The translations under genes and the position numbers were made by a program. The notes beneath the pieces were generated by a model. The model had not been told where the DNA came from and did not search any database. It was given only the letters and a program-made list of their open reading frames with translations. 32,965 bases of DNA. Source: a virus. Lineage: Duplodnaviria; Caudoviricetes. Of this stretch, positions 25,592 to 32,965 are shown one piece after another (the first letter of the stretch is position 1; every line of letters begins with the position of its first letter). Where the stretch lies: the IMG/VR virus record IMGVR_UViG_3300020045_007415, positions 1-32,965 of that record. One strand, 5' to 3'.

Positions 25592-26862
25592 TATAATAAT
25601 TTTAAAAGTGTCATATCCATTATTGAAAGCCTAACTGCTAAAGCTGTAGTTCCGTTATTTCTCCATAAACGAGGGTTAATATAGCTTCCTGATGTTGTGC
25701 TTGGTAAATCTGTTGTTACTTCTGCCCAAGATGTAGCAACTCCACTTGTAACATTTATTAAACGCCACCAAATAGAAGATAATTCATTTGGTAAATTATA
25801 GCATTGAAACAAATATTCGTCTGTTGCGCTTGTATTAGCTGGAAAATCAAAACCTAAATCTACTTTTGTAGCTGTTCCAGAAGCGTCATTGTGTATTAAT
25901 TGCAAATTAGCATCTCCTGTATCAGCACCAACTCCAAAAATGTTCACTTGAGAACTGGGGTTAACATTACCAAAAACAGCTAAAGAACTAAACAAGCCAG
26001 CAAACACACGAGCGTTTGCAACTGTAGCCGCATCTTCATTAGCAAATTTTATAGAAAAGAAGAATCCACAACCAACACAAGTCTGTCTAAACGAACCTTC
26101 GTAAAAATCAACTGAATTACCAGATGTAGCAGAACTTACATGTCTTTTTCTTGTTGCTTTTTGTACTTGTGTTCCTGTAAATATTGGCGAAGCATTATCT
26201 GCTGTGCCTACTATAGTGGGAGTTGTAAACCCATACCAAGATGCTGGCTGTGGTTTCCATGCGTAAATTGAATATTTTAATAAATCGTTAATGTCAAAAA
26301 TATTATTATCTACATACTCTTTCACAAGCCTATTTGTTGGGTATTTTAGTGTACTTGTGTCTAACGTTGTATTCTCTTTATTAGCTACATCTTCAGGCGT
26401 AAACGTTAAAGTGTCTTGTTTGGAATTTAAAGCATCTTGCAAATCGGTTTGGTCTGATAATGTTCCTGTTATAGAGCCCCAAGAACCGCCACCGCCACCA
26501 GAAGCAGAAACAAATAATTTACCATCAGTACCTTCTTCTAAAGCGTTAGATGGGTCTGTACTGATTAAATCAGCTATTACAACATCTCCATCTTTATTAA
26601 AACCCACATAACCAAGTACAGACAAACGTTCCATTAATTCTAATGAACTTGTAAACGTTTCAGCACTTCCGCTGTTTAAATCGTCATAAACTTCAATTTC
26701 GTCAAAGTTGTATTCGTTTTTTTGAGTTCCGCCATCTTCTACAACTCTAAATTTATCTCCGTTAGTTTTGCAATAACATTTAGAGAAAATAAAATCACTT
26801 CCATCAACTATAAAATGTTGCCAAACTTTAGCCGTTTTTCTTCTTATTTGAAACTTTATCAT
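25591..26862 (-). CDS. tail fibre / receptor-binding protein
   Basis: STDPSNAL..GTDG.L, GGGGSWGSITGTLSDQTDLQ..L..KQ and PEDVANK motifs; beta-rich C-terminus. Confidence 0.7.
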   Translation of the reverse strand: MIKFQIRRKTAKVWQHFIVDGSDFIFSKCYCKTNGDKFRVVEDGGTQKNEYNFDEIEVYDDLNSGSAETFTSSLELMERLSVLGYVGFNKDGDVVIADLISTDPSNALEEGTDGKLFVSASGGGGGSWGSITGTLSDQTDLQDALNSKQDTLTFTPEDVANKENTTLDTSTLKYPTNRLVKEYVDNNIFDINDLLKYSIYAWKPQPASWYGFTTPTIVGTADNASPIFTGTQVQKATRKRHVSSATSGNSVDFYEGSFRQTCVGCGFFFSIKFANEDAATVANARVFAGLFSSLAVFGNVNPSSQVNIFGVGADTGDANLQLIHNDASGTATKVDLGFDFPANTSATDEYLFQCYNLPNELSSIWWRLINVTSGVATSWAEVTTDLPSTTSGSYINPRLWRNNGTTALAVRLSIMDMTLLKLL

Positions 26863-26864
26863 AA

Positions 26865-27875
26865 TTATATACCTTTATGAGTTCTTGTACATTGTATGTA
26901 TCTGTTTGCTATTGTTATGTTTACACTTGGATTAACATAAAATTCGCCACCATTTGCAAAAAAATCAGTTTCTACTGGTAAATTAAAAGAAACAGCAACA
27001 TAGTTAGTTTCTCCAGTAGGCGCTAAAATATTAAAACTTTGTGCTCTATAAATTACTCCGTCTACTATAAATTTTACACTTAAATAATCATCTGTACCAA
27101 TTGGAGTAGGGAAAGAAAAAACAAAATCAATACTCAAAGCATCGTTCATTCTTGCTGGTGTTATTTTCCCTAAACTATCCATTAAGGTTATTCCGCCATT
27201 ACTTGCATCTGTTCCAATAAAAGCTATTAAATTATCAGTATCAGCCGTTAAGTTTTGAGTGTTTACTGTATCAACTTTACTTTGCCAAGCAGTTGTTTGT
27301 TCAAGCGGTTTTGAGTAAATAGACGGAATGTTTAAAAATCTATCGTCATACTCTAATTTGAATCCATCTAAATAAAAAGTTATGAATGATAAAGGATATG
27401 AAGTATCTGCTTCTATTTCAAATGAAAAATCTATTTCAGCACCAGTAACATTAAAACTTTGCCCCCAAGTTACCCATTTTTTAGAATCGTTAACTTCATC
27501 TCCTGAAGATTGAAAAGTAAAAGTTTGAGTATTTATACCATCTTCCCATAATTTAACGTGCATTGTGAAAGGAACAAAAAACTCATTTGTTGTATTTGGG
27601 TTTAATAATCTAAAAGTAAAAAAATAATTACCTAAATGAGAAACTGTTTTTTGTAATGCTGTTCCAAAATTAAAAGCAATATTTGTAGTGTCATACGATG
27701 TAGGTCTTAAAAATAAAGACTTATTACTATCAAACAAATATGTACTTCCGTATGAACTTGTCATAGTTCCAGAAGTTACATTTATTGTAGGCTCATTCTG
27801 AAAGTTTGCCATTTCTGAAAATAAGTTTTCAGAATATTCAGATTTAAAATTTGTGATTCTTACTAAATTTGCCAT
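26865..27875 (-). CDS. virion structural protein, probable carbohydrate-binding/jelly-roll domains
   Basis: T/S/F-rich; FYLDGFKLE; located in the tail module. Confidence 0.55.
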   Translation of the reverse strand: MANLVRITNFKSEYSENLFSEMANFQNEPTINVTSGTMTSSYGSTYLFDSNKSLFLRPTSYDTTNIAFNFGTALQKTVSHLGNYFFTFRLLNPNTTNEFFVPFTMHVKLWEDGINTQTFTFQSSGDEVNDSKKWVTWGQSFNVTGAEIDFSFEIEADTSYPLSFITFYLDGFKLEYDDRFLNIPSIYSKPLEQTTAWQSKVDTVNTQNLTADTDNLIAFIGTDASNGGITLMDSLGKITPARMNDALSIDFVFSFPTPIGTDDYLSVKFIVDGVIYRAQSFNILAPTGETNYVAVSFNLPVETDFFANGGEFYVNPSVNITIANRYIQCTRTHKGI

Positions 27876-27876
27876 T

Positions 27877-28350
27877 TTAATTTTGTGTAAAATATGTTAA
27901 TGAAAAGTTCAATATCGGAGAACTTGATGCTGTTGCCAAATACAACTTATTGTTAACTATTTTTATAGGAACAGCAACACCAGAAATATCAATACTTGGT
28001 TGCCAATACTCCGAACTATCTACATGCGGAATATAATCAGAACCTATTATTTCAAAAAAATAGTTGTCTGCTTCATCTGAAATTATTATTTCTGAGTTGT
28101 TTATAATTTCTCCTTTAATAGTTACTAAACGTCCTTGTTTTATAATATAGATATTATAGCCTAAATCTGTGTTTATGGTATTTTTATCTGTTATATTAAA
28201 ATCTACTCCAGAATCTGATTCGTTTACTATATCTGGGTATAGTTCGTTTAATAAAGCATTTTCTACTGCTCTATGCTCACTTGCTAATATATCAGACGAA
28301 TCTGCTAAGTTAGTATTAATTAATGTTTGTATTGTTGATTTTGTACTCAT
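27877..28350 (-). CDS. putative tail structural protein
   Basis: 157 aa in the tail operon. Confidence 0.55.
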   Translation of the reverse strand: MSTKSTIQTLINTNLADSSDILASEHRAVENALLNELYPDIVNESDSGVDFNITDKNTINTDLGYNIYIIKQGRLVTIKGEIINNSEIIISDEADNYFFEIIGSDYIPHVDSSEYWQPSIDISGVAVPIKIVNNKLYLATASSSPILNFSLTYFTQN

Positions 28351-28354
28351 TTGT

Positions 28355-29518
28355 TTAATTTGTTAAATAATTATTTGAATAATGCAAACTTGAATAGTCT
28401 CCGTTTCTAACCTCAAAACTCCAATTTGTACCACCATAAACATATAATCCATCTGAAAATAAACCGCTTGAAATCACTACATAGTAAGTATCGTTTTCTG
28501 TTATCAATCCAGTTATATCAACACTAAATGAATTACCTACTGTTGTTGCGGTTGTAAATGTTTCTAATAAAGTAACTCCTTTGTATAGTTTAATAGTTCC
28601 GCTACCTAAAATTATATTTCTATTAAAATTACCTGTTATTTCAGTTGGTAAACTCGACAATGTATAAACTCCTTCAGGACTTTTAGTAACTAAATTTATA
28701 AGCTCATAAATAAACGGATAAGGCAAGTATTTTTGATTATAATCTTTGTAACAAGAAAACTCTGTTTTAAAAATATTGCTAGCTTGTATTCTTTGACCGC
28801 TTTTTAACGTTGTCTTGTTTGTCATTCTTACACCATCGATATATATAATATCACTTAACAACATTGCATTAATACGCTCAAATGCAAAGTTTGACATCAT
28901 TTCACAAGCATAAATTTCAGCTTGTTTATAAAGTGGTCGTGTGCTAATTGTATTTCCGTTACTGATTTGATAGTAGTCGCTAACTTCTGTTTTATCCTCT
29001 AAATTATTAAACCACAATTGCAGTCTAATAGATTGATAGTTTGAAGTTTTATCATAAGGAATACCAAATACTACATTATGGTTAAAATAGTCAAAACGGC
29101 TTGTTTTATAGCTTTCATACTCCGTAATGTATAATGAGTTTGAATACCAAACAGCATCTGAATAAGTATTTACTAATTTTATATGTACTGGCTGTTTGTA
29201 AAAATCAACACCTAACTTATAAAACTCAATATCTAACTGATTAATTCCATTTCTATCTACAAATTCATAAACAGCAACGTTATTTGTAATATCTGCTAAA
29301 GTCTTATCGTTACAATCAACAACTAAAACTTGTAAATCTCCGTCAAAAGAAATTCCATTTTCTGTATTTGTTTTTTGTAAATAATGCTCTGTAGGTAGTA
29401 GTTGTATAGCCTCTTGATAAGGAATATTAGCTAAAGGCGAATCTTTAAGTAAGTTCGCCTCAGCTAATGTTTCGCTAAATCTTATAAAAGAATAGTCCAT
29501 AATAATCTGCGTTATCAC
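28355..29518 (-). CDS. tail protein with C-terminal Ig-like domain
   Basis: FNRNI..GSGTIKLY...L..N.TYYV.I.SG.F.D...W.F pattern. Confidence 0.6.
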   Translation of the reverse strand: MITQIIMDYSFIRFSETLAEANLLKDSPLANIPYQEAIQLLPTEHYLQKTNTENGISFDGDLQVLVVDCNDKTLADITNNVAVYEFVDRNGINQLDIEFYKLGVDFYKQPVHIKLVNTYSDAVWYSNSLYITEYESYKTSRFDYFNHNVVFGIPYDKTSNYQSIRLQLWFNNLEDKTEVSDYYQISNGNTISTRPLYKQAEIYACEMMSNFAFERINAMLLSDIIYIDGVRMTNKTTLKSGQRIQASNIFKTEFSCYKDYNQKYLPYPFIYELINLVTKSPEGVYTLSSLPTEITGNFNRNIILGSGTIKLYKGVTLLETFTTATTVGNSFSVDITGLITENDTYYVVISSGLFSDGLYVYGGTNWSFEVRNGDYSSLHYSNNYLTN

Positions 29519-32211
29519 AACGTTAATAGTTCATCTGAAAGTTCTACAATATTAGTGAAAATATTTGAATTAACTCTAACTTTGTCAAATTTTATTTTAT
29601 TATTTAACGCAATGCCTTTTGCGTCTAATATTTGTATGTAATCTCCTTCTGTTCTCAAAGATAATGGTTTTATAATATCGGTATCATATCCTACTTCATC
29701 AATAATTATTAAACCGCTTGTAGTAGAAGTAATTTCTAAATATTCGCTTTCTTGTTTTACCTCTCCAGTTATATCTAATTCAGCAGTTGACCATTTATAA
29801 GTAAATTTAGTAGGGTAAATTTTAGACATTCTAAACTCATTATCCATAACACGAATAAATCCTCCTATAGAATTATCTGCATTTATAGTTTCCATTTTTT
29901 CAAGAACACTTAAAACATCGTTGTAATCAGCTACTAATTTAGTTGTATAAACATAAGGCGATAAAATAGCATCTCCTAAATCAGCTACTAATATATCAGC
30001 GTTTTCTTTGATAATTCTACCACTTCTAAATTGAGTTGTTGCTTCTCCGTTTGATTTAAAATAAGTATTTTTAATTTTGCCGTTTTGCCAAAACTTGCAA
30101 GCAGTTTTTAAATACGAATACCAATGCTCTAAATTACGCCCTATTGAATATTGTAGGTTACTAAAATTATCCCCAGTTGCTATATTTTCAATAAGGTTAA
30201 ATTCTTGATTTGTTCTATTTTGCCAGCCTACATTTGTAAGAGGATAATCAATTGTAAACACTTCCGAACCTGTGTCGTCACTTGAACTTGTGTAAACTAA
30301 TGTAATAATACTACTTTCATACGCTTGTACTACATAGTCAATACCATTTACTTTTATTGTGTCGCCAACATTAAACCCTAATAAAGTCCAATTAAAATAA
30401 CCATTTGATAGTATTTTAAAAGTATTGTCGTCATCTGAATATTGATACTGCAGAACCGCTGTAAAATTCTTTCTTGTATTTGGTGCTAACGGCACACAAT
30501 CAATAATATATACTTTGTCGTCATTGCTTAAAGAAGTAGTATCTTTTGTATAAATACCTTGTTTTCTTGCGCTTTCAATTTCAAAATGGTCACGACCAAA
30601 ATCAACTTCTATTTTTAAGTTGTTTTCTACTTGTTTATTTGGCAATAGCCATTGTGTAGAAGTATGAATAGCGTCTATAGTGTTACTCTCATCTCTATCC
30701 TGCTCAAAAGATTTATATTTATATTCAAGTCTATTTAGTGCGTATCTATCGTTAAATTCACTTTTAAAACTTTGCTCTGGAGCAGTTAAAAAAGCACCTA
30801 TTTCTTTGTTAGGGTAAAAATCATTATATTGACCGATATAAACATTGTCTTTATTTATTTGGTAGTCGCTGTTTAATTCTACTAATTGAGAAACGTTTTC
30901 TTTAATAGTTCCATAAAATGCTTGGTCTGAAAATTGACGTATTAATTTACCATTAAATACAAAGTTATCGTAAAATTTACCGCCAACATCATATTTTGGA
31001 GCAATAACATTTAAACCAGTTGCGCTTTTAAATGCTTGCTTTTTATAATCAACGTGTCTAACTCCATCAATAACTGAATCAATTGCTGTTGATATTCCAG
31101 ATATTTCTACAGTCATTCTTTCAAATGGCACTATTATTTCAAAACTTGAATTTATACCACCAGCTGTTGGGCTTACTGAATTGTCAACTGATTGGAAACA
31201 TTCAATATAAATATAAAGCCTTTGACCTCTTTTTATTGCTGGTATGCTTAAATTATAATCATTTGGCATAGATACAGAAGGATTGTCTGCTAAAGTAAAA
31301 TTTCTTTCATATAAAACCTCAGTAGTCATATCTGTACCGTCAACAGTATCATATCCATATTTTACTAATAATCTAACTCTACCATTTCCAGTTAAAACAT
31401 CATCTGGGTCGTTAAAAAAAGAATACGAAGATGCAATTAAGTCTGTTATTTTAACATTTACATTTGTTAATTCTTCTTGAGCTTCTATATAAGTAAAGTT
31501 TAATCCATCATTTGGAAACCCAATAGAATTTAATGCAAAAACATTGTCCATAAATCCCAAAGTATTTTCTATTCCGTATTTTTCAACAACATTACAATTA
31601 TTAACCCCAGTATTTAAGTTAAATACACTTATAGGGTCTAAAGAAAATTGTTTTATTACAGAATATCTTGCAACTCCATTTGATAGTATTTCGTTACTTT
31701 TAAATTTGCTTAATTGCGGAACTGGTTTTGCATTCAATAATATTCTTTGCGTTGCAACTGGCGTAATTGCGTTATCGTCTAAATCTTTATCGCTAAATAC
31801 GTCAACATTTACATCCTCTCTACGCTTAACAATAGCTTGGTTAGTGTTTTGTATTACTTTAGTTTTAAAATAAGTTATTTGGTCTGTTTCTGCTAATTTA
31901 AAGTCTAATAAACCTACAACAAAATCAACTCCATTTTTATTTACTATAAATTCAACCTCGCTTTCAAAGCCATAATCGATATAATATTGTAATAAGTTTT
32001 CTAATTGGTGCGTTAATCCGTTGTTATAAACACCGCTAAAAAAAGACATAGAAACCTCTTCACTACCATAAGCAACATCACGCCCATATCGTTTACTGTC
32101 TTGCTCAATTGTAAAAGTTGCTCCGTCAAAAGCAATCGGTTCGGCTATTTCTAACCTACCGATTGCATTATTTTTGAAGTTTAAATAAAATCTGAAATTA
32201 ATTCCGTCCAT
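29515..32211 (-). CDS. large minor tail / baseplate hub protein
   Basis: 898 aa directly after the tape measure gene. Confidence 0.6.
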   Translation of the reverse strand: MDGINFRFYLNFKNNAIGRLEIAEPIAFDGATFTIEQDSKRYGRDVAYGSEEVSMSFFSGVYNNGLTHQLENLLQYYIDYGFESEVEFIVNKNGVDFVVGLLDFKLAETDQITYFKTKVIQNTNQAIVKRREDVNVDVFSDKDLDDNAITPVATQRILLNAKPVPQLSKFKSNEILSNGVARYSVIKQFSLDPISVFNLNTGVNNCNVVEKYGIENTLGFMDNVFALNSIGFPNDGLNFTYIEAQEELTNVNVKITDLIASSYSFFNDPDDVLTGNGRVRLLVKYGYDTVDGTDMTTEVLYERNFTLADNPSVSMPNDYNLSIPAIKRGQRLYIYIECFQSVDNSVSPTAGGINSSFEIIVPFERMTVEISGISTAIDSVIDGVRHVDYKKQAFKSATGLNVIAPKYDVGGKFYDNFVFNGKLIRQFSDQAFYGTIKENVSQLVELNSDYQINKDNVYIGQYNDFYPNKEIGAFLTAPEQSFKSEFNDRYALNRLEYKYKSFEQDRDESNTIDAIHTSTQWLLPNKQVENNLKIEVDFGRDHFEIESARKQGIYTKDTTSLSNDDKVYIIDCVPLAPNTRKNFTAVLQYQYSDDDNTFKILSNGYFNWTLLGFNVGDTIKVNGIDYVVQAYESSIITLVYTSSSDDTGSEVFTIDYPLTNVGWQNRTNQEFNLIENIATGDNFSNLQYSIGRNLEHWYSYLKTACKFWQNGKIKNTYFKSNGEATTQFRSGRIIKENADILVADLGDAILSPYVYTTKLVADYNDVLSVLEKMETINADNSIGGFIRVMDNEFRMSKIYPTKFTYKWSTAELDITGEVKQESEYLEITSTTSGLIIIDEVGYDTDIIKPLSLRTEGDYIQILDAKGIALNNKIKFDKVRVNSNIFTNIVELSDELLTL

Positions 32212-32965
32212 TATACATCTTTTGATTTAATTCTTAACCTGCTGTTTAAAATAGTTGTTTGTGCTGTTCCTCGCATAATGGTTTTTTTAATTCCACCCTC
32301 GTCAATATTAAAATGATAACTATCTTTGTTTAAGTTTCTACTCATAACATCTTCTAAATCTGATTTTGTTAAACCTTGATAATTATTTTTTTGCATCGGT
32401 GTAATACCATTTCCTAAAAGAATATTATTCATTTGGTCTTGCCATTGGTCGTGAGTGAAAATTTTAGTTCCTTTCGGCGCATTCATTACTACATTTCTAC
32501 CTTGTGGGCTGTGTACTTTTCCATCTGGAGTTACAACTTTTTCGTTATAATTAGAGCCTTTACCATCATTAACTAACATCAAACCTCCGTCGTGAATACC
32601 CCCTTTTTCAAACGCTGGTATTGGTTGATTAGCAACCATTGCTAACTGAACTGCTCCAATAGCTCCTACCGCTACAGCTAAAGGAATACCTGCAGGCGGT
32701 GGCGTTTTAGCTAATGTTGCAATAATAGCTTGTGCTGTATCTGTTACAATATTAAACATAGCTAAACGTTTTTGACTTTCTGCTTGTTGGCGTTGTATTC
32801 TTTTTCGTCTTTCTTCGTATTGTCTTTCAATTTCCTCACGTGCCGTTGTGCTTTCTCCAGCAAACAAAATAGCAACATCTCTTTGTTGTTCTAAATTACG
32901 ATACATTTGTTCATAGTTAGCATTTGAATATTCTGCAATAGTGTTAAATGCTTGTTGAAAGGCAT
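32211..32965 (-). CDS. tail tape measure protein, C-terminal part (5'-truncated by the window)
   Basis: Frame is open to the window edge; I..DTAQAI..., GAVQLA.V..QP.PAF.KGG motifs. Confidence 0.75.
   Translation of the reverse strand, partial: AFQQAFNTIAEYSNANYEQMYRNLEQQRDVAILFAGESTTAREEIERQYEERRKRIQRQQAESQKRLAMFNIVTDTAQAIIATLAKTPPPAGIPLAVAVGAIGAVQLAMVANQPIPAFEKGGIHDGGLMLVNDGKGSNYNEKVVTPDGKVHSPQGRNVVMNAPKGTKIFTHDQWQDQMNNILLGNGITPMQKNNYQGLTKSDLEDVMSRNLNKDSYHFNIDEGGIKKTIMRGTAQTTILNSRLRIKSKDV

Noticed and set aside
23155-31873. + strand ORFs at 23155, 23680, 26291, 28169, 31083, 31283 and 31544
   Set aside because: Antisense to lysis and tail genes or crossing a terminator; no recognisable motifs

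Overview
Very AT-rich, tightly packed segment of a tailed dsDNA phage, most likely infecting Bacteroidota (Flavobacteriales-like), judged from repeated TAnnTTTG promoter motifs and A/T-rich starts without Shine-Dalgarno sequences. Layout: a + strand packaging block (TerS, TerL, portal, truncated scaffold; 210-4980) bracketed by an exact 86-bp direct repeat and inverted relative to the tail genes; a - strand nin/replication/recombination region (NinG, RNA ligase, DUF1367, AAA ATPase, DUF6291 initiator with internal iteron-like repeats, SSB, recombinase, Mom-like modifier, dATP/dGTP diphosphohydrolase); a divergent + strand accessory region (ASCH, spanin-like lipoprotein, metallophosphoesterase, HNH); and - strand lysis and tail genes running off the window end. 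No capsid, integrase, repressor or RT gene is recognisable. The main discovery is two integron-like cassette arrays (6269-8272 and 17570-19399): six attC-like TAAC...GTTA hairpin sites, six cassettes with cassette-matched terminal inverted repeats that all have the same position-11 mismatch, and a shared 34-bp non-palindromic attI-like site at the end of each array. The cargo genes (including an RNA ligase) run antisense to the canonical attC orientation, and two of them start inside the attC loop. All protein calls come from motif recognition, not database searches.
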